Positions 1-9,632 are shown, numbered from the stretch's first letter. The stretch is 64,000 nt of DNA from Candidatus Saccharimonadales bacterium (GCA_035480055.1 DATIIB010000009.1:21068-85067), one strand, 5' to 3'. Notes: generated from the sequence alone by a model not told the origin. A program made the numbers and translations.

Positions 1-2
1 CG

Positions 3-1028
3 ATCGAGCTTTTAATTCACGACCTTAAGAACGTGACCTTTCTTCAGGGCAAAGCAAGCAAAATTGATCGGGCTACCAAGCGCATCACGCTTGAAGATGG
101 CAGCACCGTCCAGTACGACAAAGCTATTTTTGCCCTGGGCGTGATCACCAGCTATTTTGGCATTCCTGGGATGAAAGAATATTCACACGGCTTAAAAACC
201 ATGGAAGAACTCGATCAGCTGCACAAAGATCTGCACGAAGAGTTTGTGGACGATCGCATGCCGGATAAAAACTATGTCATTGTTGGTGCCGGCCCCACGG
301 GTGTGGAGCTAGCTGCGTCACTACGCAGCTATTTGCGACAGATTGCCAAATGGCATCACGCTCGCAGCAACAAAATTACGCTTGAACTTATCGAGGCCGC
401 ACCGCGGATTCTGCCTCGTTCGCATCAAAAAGGTTCCGAGCTGGCAGCCAAACGGCTTCACAAATTGGGAATCAAAATGATGCCTGGCAAAAAAGTTGAA
501 GCCGAAACCGCAGACAGCCTGATGGTCAGTGGCCGCTCGATTCCCACCCGGACGGTAATTTGGACCGCTGGCGTGACGAACAATCCTTTTTACGAGAGTA
601 ACAAAACCCAGTTTTCGTTAAACGAACGTGGACGAGTCACAGTGAACAGGTTTATGCAAGTTGATGATTCTTTGTTTGTGATTGGCGATAATGCCGACAC
701 CCCGCATGCCGGCTTGGCGCTCACCGCGGTCCGCGATGCTCGCTATGTGGTACAGCAAATTGTGCGCACCACCAAAGGCAAGTCTCTGCAAGCCTATCAT
801 CAAAAGACGCCAATCACCGTTATTCCGATCGGCCATAAATGGGCGCTGGTTGAATACGGCCCACTCGTATTTGGCGGCTGGCCTGGTGGTTTGTTGCGCT
901 GGCTGGCCGATTTGGTGGCCTATAAAGATATCATGCCACTCGGTCAGGCATTTAGCCTGTGGCGAAACGACAAAGCATACGAAGACGATGGATGTGAGAT
1001 CTGTGCGCAGGCGCAGTTTAAGCACTAA
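3..1028 (+). CDS. ndh: Type II NADH dehydrogenase (NDH-2) / FAD-dependent pyridine nucleotide-disulfide oxidoreductase, 5' end cut by window edge
   Basis: The frame stays open back to position 3 (IELLIHDLKNVTFLQGK), so the listed GTG at 33 is probably internal. Second dinucleotide-binding motif VIVGAGPTGVELA and distal motif LFVIGDNA are typical of NDH-2. Confidence 0.8.
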   Translation: MELLIHDLKNVTFLQGKASKIDRATKRITLEDGSTVQYDKAIFALGVITSYFGIPGMKEYSHGLKTMEELDQLHKDLHEEFVDDRMPDKNYVIVGAGPTGVELAASLRSYLRQIAKWHHARSNKITLELIEAAPRILPRSHQKGSELAAKRLHKLGIKMMPGKKVEAETADSLMVSGRSIPTRTVIWTAGVTNNPFYESNKTQFSLNERGRVTVNRFMQVDDSLFVIGDNADTPHAGLALTAVRDARYVVQQIVRTTKGKSLQAYHQKTPITVIPIGHKWALVEYGPLVFGGWPGGLLRWLADLVAYKDIMPLGQAFSLWRNDKAYEDDGCEICAQAQFKH

Positions 1029-1151
1029 TTTACGGGCGAATAAGGCGCGAGTCATTTTGTCAACGAAAACGCGGGTACATATAAATAACAGAGGTAGAAC
1101 TCGCTTATCCACACTCGCTCGTGTACTTTAGACAACGAACAAAAATGCGAA

Positions 1152-2312
1152 CTACTTGTGCGAGTAGAGTTGTAGTAATTTTGGCGCCACGGTCTCGACG
1201 TCGTATTGGATGATTTCTTTTGCTTGCCACGCATGGAGCTGCAAGCGCAGTTTTTTATTGCTAAGCAGCAATTGTATTTTGTCAGCAAAAATTTGCGTAT
1301 GACGTGGTTGGAAGAGCAGATGGTTGGCCTGCGGTCCAAGGACCGTGCGGTAGCCTTCGTTGTCACCGCCCATCACGACGCCAGCGCCTGCAGCCATGGC
1401 TTCCAGCAAAACAATACCAAAACTTTCACCGCCGGTTGATGGAAAGATGGCCAGTTCGGCGCTCGCCAGGTAATTGGGTTTATCCTCTTCGCTGACAAAA
1501 CCCACAAAGCTGATAATGTCTTGCAGCTGATAATGACGCACTCGCTGCTTAAGAGAATGTTCCAACGGGCCTTTGCCGCAGATCAAGACGCGCAGATTGT
1601 CTGCTGCCCCACGGTCGCGGAGACGCCTGACGGCTTCGATTAAATACTGACAGCCTTTGCGTTCAACCAGTCGCCCCAAAAAGACGATGTTCACTTTGCC
1701 ATCCATCAAATGCGGAATGGGTTTGGCTGCAGCAAAACGCTGTCGTTCCACCACATTGGGCAGCACCAGGCAATCTTTTGCGGCAAAATGTTTGATCGCA
1801 AACTCTTGGGCTGCAGGAGACACTCCCACCAAATGATCAAAACGCTGCATCATGCGGCGTTGCCACAGGCCGAGTAATCTTGCGGCATTGTTAACCATCC
1901 AGTGATGGCCAACGATATGAAACGTGCCGACGACCACAGTGCCTTCAGCGGCTTGGTTGACGATTCGTCCGCCCATCATTGGACTGCAAGGAAGCTGCAC
2001 GTGTAACACATCAAATTCTTCACGGTCCAAGACTGCGCTGATCGCCTCGCGATGAACCGGCAGCGGGACCGAGAGACGATTTTTGTTAAACCGTATATGC
2101 ACATTGCGAGCGAGCGAGTAAATATCATTCCGTGTGGCGGCCAACTTGGTTTCGCCAACCAGGTAGCGAACGGTGTGACCGTGTGCGGTAAACCAGTCGC
2201 CAAGGGTGGTGATGTATTGTTGGACGCCGTCAGGGTTGTCCAAGCTGTCGTCGAAGACAATCCCAATTTTAAGGCGAGGCGATTTAGCGTTCTTGGGCAA
2301 CGACTTGTTCAT
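1152..2312 (-). CDS. Glycosyltransferase family 4 (GT-B fold)
   Basis: N-terminus KIGIVFDDSLDNPDGVQQYI and C-terminal ESFGIVLLEAMAAG motif. I prefer the ATG at 2312 (MNKSLPKN...) over the ORF-track start at 2435, which would run deep into the upstream gene. It still overlaps the upstream stop by 29 nt. Confidence 0.8.
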   Translation of the reverse strand: MNKSLPKNAKSPRLKIGIVFDDSLDNPDGVQQYITTLGDWFTAHGHTVRYLVGETKLAATRNDIYSLARNVHIRFNKNRLSVPLPVHREAISAVLDREEFDVLHVQLPCSPMMGGRIVNQAAEGTVVVGTFHIVGHHWMVNNAARLLGLWQRRMMQRFDHLVGVSPAAQEFAIKHFAAKDCLVLPNVVERQRFAAAKPIPHLMDGKVNIVFLGRLVERKGCQYLIEAVRRLRDRGAADNLRVLICGKGPLEHSLKQRVRHYQLQDIISFVGFVSEEDKPNYLASAELAIFPSTGGESFGIVLLEAMAAGAGVVMGGDNEGYRTVLGPQANHLLFQPRHTQIFADKIQLLLSNKKLRLQLHAWQAKEIIQYDVETVAPKLLQLYSHK

Positions 2313-3426
2313 AAATCTCCTCGTAGCGGTCCACGATGACCGATGAGTCAAACTGTTTGACATATTCTTTTGCCCATTTACGCCAGAGGTTGCGAATTTG
2401 GTCGTCAAACAGCAGCAGCTCCAACCGTTCGGCAAACTCTTCAGTGGCTTTAGGGTTAATTAACGAGATGCGGCCGCGTTCTTTCATGACTCCCTCGTAG
2501 CCCTCGTTGTTGCCACACACCGTCACGGCACCCATGGCCATGGCTTCGATCAGAACAATGCCAAAACTTTCACCGTATAACGCTGGCGAGCAAAAGATGT
2601 CGGTGGTTTTTAAGTACTGTAATTTTTCTTCTTCACTAATAAAGCCCAAAAACTCAACGTTCGGGAGGTGGTGCATATCGACATAATCCTCAAGCATGGT
2701 GCGCTTGGGGCCATCGCCGGCGATGAGCAGCCGCACGTTTGGATGAGTTTGGATCAGTTCCTCGTAGGCTTTCAGAAGCCAGATAACTCCTTTGCGACCT
2801 TCCAGCCGGCCCACGCAAAAGATTGTTTTGATGTCATCTTGATGATACTGCGGCAGGTAGGCTACTTTGGCAGGATTGTAGTAGCTGAGGTTGACGCTGT
2901 TGGGAATAATTTCGATCGGTGTGCCGTTGGTGAGCGACCGTACATAGCTGGCTGCAGAATCAGAGACCGCGGTTAGGTAATCGAGATTTTTGAATACCTG
3001 TTTGGTGTAGGGCGTAATGACTTTTTCAAAGCCTTTGTTCAAGCGGCCGTCTGGCAGTTTGCCATGGAAGGTGGCGATATTAGCACAGTGCGACCGAGCC
3101 AAGATTTGCATTGGCAGACGTGGAATCCATGGTTCATGAAAGTGCAGGACATCGAAGTTTTCTCGAGCCAGAGTTTGGTCAATCTCATCGCTATCAACAT
3201 CGTAAGAAATATCAGAAGTGGTTCGAAATGGCGTAGTGAGTGCGCGCGAACGGGCCAGAAGAAGGATATCAGGATCGTACTCATCGGGGATTTCTTTGGG
3301 TGCAGGGGTGATAATCCGCACCTCGTGTCCACGCTTTTTAAGCTCGGCGTGGATGGTGTTCACATAGGAGAGCACGCCTCCGGGCCGACTGAATACATTA
3401 TACGGACAAACAAGACCGATCTTCAT
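2284..3426 (-). CDS. Glycosyltransferase family 4 (GT-B fold)
   Basis: MKIGLVCPYNVFSRPGGV N-terminus and ESFGIVLIEAMAMG motif. I prefer the ATG at 3426 (the 16th codon of the listed ORF). Confidence 0.8.
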   Translation of the reverse strand: MKIGLVCPYNVFSRPGGVLSYVNTIHAELKKRGHEVRIITPAPKEIPDEYDPDILLLARSRALTTPFRTTSDISYDVDSDEIDQTLARENFDVLHFHEPWIPRLPMQILARSHCANIATFHGKLPDGRLNKGFEKVITPYTKQVFKNLDYLTAVSDSAASYVRSLTNGTPIEIIPNSVNLSYYNPAKVAYLPQYHQDDIKTIFCVGRLEGRKGVIWLLKAYEELIQTHPNVRLLIAGDGPKRTMLEDYVDMHHLPNVEFLGFISEEEKLQYLKTTDIFCSPALYGESFGIVLIEAMAMGAVTVCGNNEGYEGVMKERGRISLINPKATEEFAERLELLLFDDQIRNLWRKWAKEYVKQFDSSVIVDRYEEIYEQVVAQER

Positions 3427-3454
3427 AACAACTCGTTCCCAGTATACCAAGCTT

Positions 3455-4393
3455 TCACGACTTATTGGCAAAAATGTGCCATAGCGAGTTGGGAATCATC
3501 TGACGAGCATCGGCAACATCTTCGACCACGGTAGGGGCATGGTTAGGCATGTTGGCGTAATGGATATGCACGCTGGTAAACATCTGCTTAAGGTGCTCTA
3601 CCACCTTGTGGTTATCAAAATATTGATCTGTAGAAACGGCAACGTGCTCAACCGGTAGTGGCAAGGGCTGCGCGGTTAGATCAATGTTGAGCATTTCGGC
3701 CATGGTCGTAAAGTAGGTGCGCACTTCGTTTGTCTTCCAAAGGATCACTTCAAAGTCGATAAGGTTTTGGCGTTCAGTCCAGGTGTAACCTTTCATCTTG
3801 GGGTGCGAACGAGCTCGCAGGTTATAGGTGGTGGCGATAAACGGCTTGCGCAGTATCAAGTTGTCAAAGGCTTTGGCCGTGGGCCGTCTGGCCATTGTGC
3901 GAGCCACACGCACAAAGAAACGTCGTTTGCGCGGCGCAATGTTGAAGTCGTTGTAATGCACAAAACCAACCAGGCTAAACAAATGAGCAACTTGTGGCAA
4001 TAACTCTGGGTGACGCTGCAGCATGCGTACCACCACCACAAAACCGAGCGACATGCCGCCCACGACAAATCTTTGTCCGTCTGGAAAACGCTGCCGCACA
4101 AAAGCCGCCAGATAATCGGCAAGACCATCAGTATTGGGTTTTTTGCCAATGGTGGTAAGGCTGGGCATGCCACCAAAGCCGGGCATATCAGGCAAGACGA
4201 CTGGCGCATGTTCGTTGACCGCTTGAGCCAGGCTATACATGCGCTCTAAGCTGGAGTGATGCCCATAAATAAGCAACGCTGGCAGCCGATCAGCATGCGC
4301 TGCAGAGGCTGGCAGCTCGAGGACGCGGCCAGACAAACCTTGAATATGCGTGCGTGCAAGGAACTGGGCGGGAATTTTGGGAGTGGTGACCAT
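3455..4393 (-). CDS. Alpha/beta-fold hydrolase
   Basis: LLIYGHHSS oxyanion-type segment and nucleophile elbow GGMSLG (GxSxG). A GAGGGG SD-like element lies upstream of the ATG. First gene of the hydrolase-GT4-GT4 minus-strand operon. Confidence 0.7.
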   Translation of the reverse strand: MVTTPKIPAQFLARTHIQGLSGRVLELPASAAHADRLPALLIYGHHSSLERMYSLAQAVNEHAPVVLPDMPGFGGMPSLTTIGKKPNTDGLADYLAAFVRQRFPDGQRFVVGGMSLGFVVVVRMLQRHPELLPQVAHLFSLVGFVHYNDFNIAPRKRRFFVRVARTMARRPTAKAFDNLILRKPFIATTYNLRARSHPKMKGYTWTERQNLIDFEVILWKTNEVRTYFTTMAEMLNIDLTAQPLPLPVEHVAVSTDQYFDNHKVVEHLKQMFTSVHIHYANMPNHAPTVVEDVADARQMIPNSLWHIFANKS

Positions 4394-4448
4394 AACTGCC
4401 CCTCATTGTACCGGAAAATAGCGTTCAGGATAGACTGCGGATGCAAAA

Positions 4449-4994
4449 TTGGCTAGAATGCAGATAGTGAAAACAATCCTGATTAGGTTCTTTGCCGATT
4501 ACGTCTTTGCCATTCTGGTGGTCATCGCTGGTGTTATTTTACTGAGGTACAAAGCCAAGCGCGGCGAGAATATTGTCCGCGGCGTATTGGCCGGCATATC
4601 GGGCGTCATCCTGGATAAAGCCAGCGGGTTGGTATATTACCATGAGCGCCCGTTTGTAGTGCTGGGTCGTGATCCGTTAGCGGTTAATCCAGCGAACAAC
4701 TCGTTTCCCTCGGATCACTCGCTGCTGGTATTTGTGGCGGCTTTTGTGGTCTGGGCGTCAACCAAAAACTGGAAACTTGGTATTGGCCTCATGCTCGGTG
4801 GCGTGGCAGTTGGTTGGGCACGAGTGCTGGCCTTGGTACACTGGCCAATCGATATTGTTGGCTCATTCGTGATGGCGGTTGTGGTGGTGGCGATCTGGTT
4901 TGGGATTCCTTTACCCAAGCGATTGCAACGATTAAGCACCTGGACCGAAGCGTTCATACAGCGACGATTGCCAAAATGGTTGATCGGTCGCTAG
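4449..4994 (+). CDS. PAP2-family phosphatase (undecaprenyl-diphosphatase / BcrC-like), membrane
   Basis: PAP2 motifs YHERPF, FPSDHS and ARVLALVHWPIDIV, plus several hydrophobic helices. The exact start is uncertain: TTG 4449, ATG 4458 or GTG 4467. Confidence 0.75.
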   Translation: MARMQIVKTILIRFFADYVFAILVVIAGVILLRYKAKRGENIVRGVLAGISGVILDKASGLVYYHERPFVVLGRDPLAVNPANNSFPSDHSLLVFVAAFVVWASTKNWKLGIGLMLGGVAVGWARVLALVHWPIDIVGSFVMAVVVVAIWFGIPLPKRLQRLSTWTEAFIQRRLPKWLIGR

Positions 4995-5017
4995 AATAAA
5001 AGACGGAGATTCTTGCT

Positions 5018-5533
5018 ATGGCAACCACCATTACTTCCAACGATCAGCTGATTGACGAACTTGACCCGATCCCATACATCTATCGTTTTTCTTACATTGA
5101 GTTGCTGCGTGTCGCGCTGACTGGCGCAATCTTGGGCCTACTGGTCCCGCTGGTAGCTAGTCCAATTAGTCGCTTTATTATCGAGCCATTCTTTTGTCGC
5201 AGTGAAAATTCGTTTAGTTTTTGCGCCCAAGGTGGCGCGCTGGCTTTTGGGATTTCGCTGATCATACTCTCTGTCGGAAGTCTGTTGGTGCTGGCGAGTT
5301 TGCGGACCTATCAGCCGCTCATTAATGTCCTGGCGCCGCTCGCCACTTTGTGGGGCTTGGATCAATATGTTGAGACGATTTCTGGGTCGCACAAGCCGCA
5401 GTTCTGGCTCATTTCAGCGCTGCTTTTTGGCCTGGCTTATGCCTTGTTTTATCTATTGCTGCGCATACGGTACTTCATTGCGAGCTTGGTGCTGATTGTG
5501 CTGGTAGTAGTGGTGGTGCGGTTGCAGTTTTAA
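5018..5533 (+). CDS. Hypothetical multi-pass membrane protein
   Basis: The 171-aa ORF has 4-5 hydrophobic segments and a GGAG SD upstream. No family recognised. Confidence 0.55.
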   Translation: MATTITSNDQLIDELDPIPYIYRFSYIELLRVALTGAILGLLVPLVASPISRFIIEPFFCRSENSFSFCAQGGALAFGISLIILSVGSLLVLASLRTYQPLINVLAPLATLWGLDQYVETISGSHKPQFWLISALLFGLAYALFYLLLRIRYFIASLVLIVLVVVVVRLQF

Positions 5534-5555
5534 AGGTGCTATACTTGGGGTAGGT

Positions 5556-6734
5556 ATGAACGTGCTTATTCTTCTACTCTTAGTGGTAAATGCGGTGGGG
5601 ATTGCTTTCCTGCTGCTTCGTTCTGGCACGCAAAAAGGTGGCGACGACGGCCGCTTAGAGCGCGTGTTCAAAGAAGAGATGCAACTGAATCGCCGCGAAC
5701 TGGCGGTAAATGTCAAAGACAGTAGCGATTCTATGGACAAACGACTCGCCGGAATTGCAGCGCATCAGGCGCAGGCGATTGCCAAGCTGGTAGAGACGGT
5801 GGAGAAAAAACTGCAGCTCATGCAGCATGATAATGCGCAGCAGTTGGAAAAAATGCGCGTCACTGTGGACGAAAAGTTGCAAAGCACCTTAGAAAAACGG
5901 CTCGGTGAATCATTTAAACAAGTTGGTGACCGCTTGGAGCAAGTGCATAAAGGGTTGGGCGAGATGCAACAACTTGCCAACGGCGTGGGCGATCTCAAAC
6001 GAGTGTTGACCAATGTCAAAACACGCGGCACCTGGGGTGAGATTCAATTAGAGAGTTTGCTTGAACAAATTCTGGTTCGCGAACAATATGATAAAAACGT
6101 AGAAGTAGTGAAAGGCAGCGGCGCTCGGGTAGAGTTCGCGATTAAAATTCCTGCCAAGGACGAAAAGAACTCGATTGTTTGGCTGCCGATTGATGCCAAA
6201 TTCCCAATGGAAGATTATCAGCGCCTTATTGCGGCGCAGGATGCGGCCAATCCAATTGAAGTGGCGGTTCACTTGAAGGCGCTCGAGAATCGCATCAAAC
6301 TTGAAGCCAAAAAGATTCACGAAAAGTACATTCATCCGCCAGAAAGTACCGACTTTGCGTTGCTGTATCTGCCCACCGAAGGATTGTATGCCGAAGTCAT
6401 CCAACATCCTGACCTTGCGCAGTCTATCCAGCAGACGCACCGTGTGATCGTGGCTGGCCCGCACACAATTGCCGCACTGCTCAACAGCCTGCAGATGGGC
6501 TTCCGCACTTTGGCAATCGAAAAGCGCACCAGCGAGGTCTGGGAAGCTTTGGCTTCGGTCCGCACAGAGTTTGGTAAGTTTGGCGACATCTTAGAAAAAA
6601 CCAAACAAAAGTTGGAACAGGCTACGAGCACCATCGATAGCGCGGCCAGCAAAAGCCGCACCATTGAGCGCAAACTACAAAAAGTCCAAACGCTCGAACC
6701 CAAGAGCGAAGACCCCAAACTTCTCGAGATTTAG
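5556..6734 (+). CDS. rmuC: DNA recombination protein RmuC
   Basis: N-terminal TM helix, long coiled-coil region, and an RmuC core (TRGTWGEIQLESLLEQIL ... FALLYLPTEGLYAE). Confidence 0.85.
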   Translation: MNVLILLLLVVNAVGIAFLLLRSGTQKGGDDGRLERVFKEEMQLNRRELAVNVKDSSDSMDKRLAGIAAHQAQAIAKLVETVEKKLQLMQHDNAQQLEKMRVTVDEKLQSTLEKRLGESFKQVGDRLEQVHKGLGEMQQLANGVGDLKRVLTNVKTRGTWGEIQLESLLEQILVREQYDKNVEVVKGSGARVEFAIKIPAKDEKNSIVWLPIDAKFPMEDYQRLIAAQDAANPIEVAVHLKALENRIKLEAKKIHEKYIHPPESTDFALLYLPTEGLYAEVIQHPDLAQSIQQTHRVIVAGPHTIAALLNSLQMGFRTLAIEKRTSEVWEALASVRTEFGKFGDILEKTKQKLEQATSTIDSAASKSRTIERKLQKVQTLEPKSEDPKLLEI

Positions 6735-6736
6735 TC

Positions 6737-7270
6737 ATGGCAGACAATATTGCAACCGACGAATTCCCTTACCAGATCGTCGCGCTGTTTGAGCCACATT
6801 CGGCTGTGGGCGATCGTGTGTACAAAGGCCCGCGTGGCTGGCTCCCGCAGGTAACGCTGAAGCGACGATTCGGGTTGCGAGCAATGACTGAGCAAGCGTT
6901 TCTGACTGAAGCTCATGCGTTTATTGAAGCTGCTTCCTCATTTAAGATCGAGTTTGGTGAGATCGATGCAGCCCGGCATAAGCTGCCGGTTGAAGTGGTC
7001 GAAGTGGTGAATCAAGCACCCTGGGATTTTTACCATGCCTTTATACAGCACTTTGGCCGGCACATTAATTCGCGTTTTCCTGAGCGCGAAGGCGAGCATT
7101 ACTATCCGCACATGACCATTGAATGGCATGGCAAGCGAGTGGTTGATCCGAACCTTTTTCGCAATAGCTCGCGGACGGTCTGGCACACTTGGCTGCTCAA
7201 GGATGACATTGCGGCCGATGATGCGCGTATTTATGCCAAGTTTCCGTTGCGAGGCGGCAAAGCTCGATAA
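6737..7270 (+). CDS. Hypothetical protein, possibly a degenerate 2H phosphoesterase (LigT-like)
   Basis: One clean H-x-T-x motif (PHMTIEW) and one degenerate copy (PQVTLK, Gln in place of His). Starts 3 nt after the rmuC stop. Confidence 0.5.
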   Translation: MADNIATDEFPYQIVALFEPHSAVGDRVYKGPRGWLPQVTLKRRFGLRAMTEQAFLTEAHAFIEAASSFKIEFGEIDAARHKLPVEVVEVVNQAPWDFYHAFIQHFGRHINSRFPEREGEHYYPHMTIEWHGKRVVDPNLFRNSSRTVWHTWLLKDDIAADDARIYAKFPLRGGKAR

Positions 7271-7277
7271 ATGCAAA

Positions 7278-7295
7278 CGCCCGCAGGTGCGGGCG
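7278..7295. terminator. GC-rich hairpin after the 6737-7270 gene (no plus-strand U tract)
   Basis: CGCCCGC / aggt / GCGGGCG: a 7-bp GC stem with a tetraloop, 8 nt after the stop. Flanked by AAA upstream and AAAG downstream, so the T-run is on the minus-strand reading only. Confidence 0.4.
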
Positions 7296-7409
7296 AAAGA
7301 AAAAGGCAATCAGTACCTTTAATGTACCATTAGCAGAAAGGTTTTGCAAGCATAAGCAATGTCGAAAAATTACGGTACCAATTCTGGACACAATGCGCTA
7401 CACTAACAA

Positions 7410-7769
7410 GTGCATTTAAGGATTACCATTAGCACTATGGGCATGTACGTCAAGCAACAGCAAAACAACACGCGTCTTCATCATCGACTGACGCACGAAC
7501 TCGATAAACACCTTAACCAACCCAAAACTCCTCTTGTTGCAGCCGAGATCGCAGCTGAAAAACCCATTGTCTCTTTCCGATACGCGTTAGCTATTGTACT
7601 GACCTTTGGCGGCTTTGTAGCCTTTCTGCTTGCCATGGTGCAACACCAAAACCCTAGCGCTGTTGATTCACCACTTCACGCACGCTCGCTCGCATTCCTC
7701 GGACTCGCGGGCGTTATTTTAGGCCTTTTGACGCTGTTCGTCGGTCGTCATCGTTCGCAGCAGCGATAA
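7410..7769 (+). CDS. Hypothetical small membrane protein (2 predicted TM helices)
   Basis: Two hydrophobic stretches (YALAIVLTFGGFVAFLLAMV and LAFLGLAGVILGLLTLFVG). Start uncertain: GTG 7410, 5 nt after TACACT, or ATG 7437/7443. Confidence 0.4.
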   Translation: MHLRITISTMGMYVKQQQNNTRLHHRLTHELDKHLNQPKTPLVAAEIAAEKPIVSFRYALAIVLTFGGFVAFLLAMVQHQNPSAVDSPLHARSLAFLGLAGVILGLLTLFVGRHRSQQR

Positions 7770-7779
7770 AAAATCTTCA

Positions 7780-9114
7780 TTATTTTTTAGCAGTTTTGTG
7801 GCGAGCCATAAAGTCGATCACCACTGCGGCTGTCCACGAAAATTCGGTCGCTCCAGCGCCGTGCCCATCTATGGGCGAAAAGTATTCTCTAAAGCCAGAC
7901 AACCGAACCAATTCCAAGGATTTGCTGACGATTTCATCAGCCTCTTGATCAAAGCCATAAAAACGCAAGCCATCCGCGATCAGCCAGTTAGTGTTGAGCC
8001 ACGTAGGTCCAGACCAATAATGATGTTCGCCAAAATATTTGGAAGTTTTTGGCACGCTTGGCACAGGATAGGGCAGCCAGTACTCTTTTTTGTTGGTGAG
8101 TAGTCGCACCAATTTGGCAGCTCGCTCTTTACTAATCGACCGCGAGTATAGCGGCATGAGAGTGCCAAGAGTTGGCGAGGCCAACGGTTCTTCGGTAATA
8201 AAATTACGTGAATAATACTGCTTGCCCTGCTCACTCCACAACCCATCAAGCGCGATGGGCGCCTTGGCAAACTGCACGCGCAGCTGCGTGGGCAAGCGTT
8301 GTCTAAGGTGCTTGGCAATATCGGCCAGGATCTGGTTGTTGCGGATAAGGATAGAGTTGAAAAATAAATCTTCAATGCTAAAGATGGACCGGCGCAACAC
8401 CTGATTGGTCACATATTTTTTGCGGCGTAATCGACGGACAATATCGTATAAACGCAGCGCGTCTAGGGTTGAAATACGTTCGTGCACTCCGCCTAGCTGC
8501 GCATCTTGGCGAATGATATCGATGAGCTTATCGAGTTGCAGCTTGTCCACCAAGCTAATCCATAACGGCGTATTGTGGTAGCGAAGTTCCTCGATCCAGG
8601 GCGGAGTATCATCCATGCCGGTTTCCCAGGGATGCAGCAGAATCACCAAGCCTTCTTTGTGCGGATTGCGTTCGGTGTACAGCCACAGATGATACGCCAG
8701 AAGCTTGGGGTAAAACTCTTTGTATAGTCGCGTGCGTGCGGCATCGCCAAGTTGCTGGCCAATTTGCCACACCGCTTCAGCGAGGAGCGGTGGCTGAGTA
8801 ATACCACTGGTAGCAACGGTTGGTGGGGAAAGCGGGGACACTTCGCTCCGCCAGACCCTGGCACCATTGCGGTAGCTATGCTCGCCGTGGAAGATTTGGT
8901 GCGGCACCATGCCGTTTTGCCACTGACCGGCAAACAATGAACGCAGTTCACGGATGGCGCGTTGCGGTTTGTAGTGGCTCAGTCCAATCGCGACAAAGCA
9001 GGAATCCCACAACCACTGGTTGGCGTACATATCAACCGCTGGCTGCGTCCATGTGCCGTGGTCATTCCGCGCTAAGATTGCTTTGGCTTCGGCAAATAAT
9101 TCCTCATCGCTCAT
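7780..9114 (-). CDS. GH63-like (MGH1/glucosylglycerate-hydrolase-like) six-hairpin glycoside hydrolase
   Basis: Motifs QWLWDSCFVAIGL, LLHPWETGMDDTPPW, YWSGPTWLNTNWLIADGL and EYFSPIDGHGAGATEFSWTAAV resemble (alpha/alpha)6 GH63/GDE_C-type enzymes as I remember them. The substrate cannot be called. Confidence 0.6.
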   Translation of the reverse strand: MSDEELFAEAKAILARNDHGTWTQPAVDMYANQWLWDSCFVAIGLSHYKPQRAIRELRSLFAGQWQNGMVPHQIFHGEHSYRNGARVWRSEVSPLSPPTVATSGITQPPLLAEAVWQIGQQLGDAARTRLYKEFYPKLLAYHLWLYTERNPHKEGLVILLHPWETGMDDTPPWIEELRYHNTPLWISLVDKLQLDKLIDIIRQDAQLGGVHERISTLDALRLYDIVRRLRRKKYVTNQVLRRSIFSIEDLFFNSILIRNNQILADIAKHLRQRLPTQLRVQFAKAPIALDGLWSEQGKQYYSRNFITEEPLASPTLGTLMPLYSRSISKERAAKLVRLLTNKKEYWLPYPVPSVPKTSKYFGEHHYWSGPTWLNTNWLIADGLRFYGFDQEADEIVSKSLELVRLSGFREYFSPIDGHGAGATEFSWTAAVVIDFMARHKTAKK

Positions 9115-9116
9115 CT

Positions 9117-9620
9117 TTAACGGTAGTTCGTGAAGTTAAGTGGAAAGTCAAAATCGTGCGTGCGTAGTAACTGCATCACGGCCTGTAGGTCATCTTTGCT
9201 GGTACTGCTGACACGGACGGCATCGCCCTGAATCTGGGTTTTTACCTTGGGAAAACGGTCGCGCAGCAATTTGGTGATCGCCTTGGCTTTATCTTGATCG
9301 AGGCCTTTAATGAGCGGCACCTGCCAAGTCATCTTCAAGTTGCTGGTAACTGGTTCGCGGCTGGCGTCCAGCGTTTTTTGCGAAATATCCCGCGCAGCAA
9401 ACCGTTTGCGCAAGATATCAATAATGCTATCCAGATGAAACTGATTGTCGCCGGTAATCGTGACTTGGCCATTGCCAATTTTGGGATCAAACTCCACGCT
9501 TGCCGAACTGCCTTTAAAATCATAGCGGTTCGCAATTTCGCGTTTGGTTTGGTCAATTGCATTGTGTACTTCGGAAAGGTCAAACTCCGAAACGACGTCA
9601 AAGGTAAAATCTTTTGCCAT
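9117..9620 (-). CDS. yajQ: YajQ-family nucleotide-binding protein (UPF0234)
   Basis: MAKDFTFDVVSEFDLSEVHNAIDQTKREIANRYDFKGS is a typical YajQ N-terminus. I prefer the ATG at 9620. Only 2 nt separate it from the downstream GH63-like gene. Confidence 0.85.
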   Translation of the reverse strand: MAKDFTFDVVSEFDLSEVHNAIDQTKREIANRYDFKGSSASVEFDPKIGNGQVTITGDNQFHLDSIIDILRKRFAARDISQKTLDASREPVTSNLKMTWQVPLIKGLDQDKAKAITKLLRDRFPKVKTQIQGDAVRVSSTSKDDLQAVMQLLRTHDFDFPLNFTNYR

Positions 9621-9626
9621 AGCTTT

Positions 9627-9632
9627 ATTGTA
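9627..9632 (-). promoter_or_regulatory. -10 box TACAAT 6 nt upstream of the yajQ ATG (leaderless-type)
   Basis: The minus strand reads TACAATaaagctATG. Confidence 0.45.

Noticed and set aside
1029-1151. Checked the larger non-coding gaps (1029-1151, 7271-7409, 18055-18163, 29043-29187, 31061-31148, 52554-52651) for tRNA, SRP RNA, riboswitch or CRISPR repeats
   Set aside because: I saw no cloverleaf-compatible sequence (no GTTCRANYC T-loop context), no repeated spacer-repeat units and no conserved riboswitch cores. All gaps are 145 nt or shorter.
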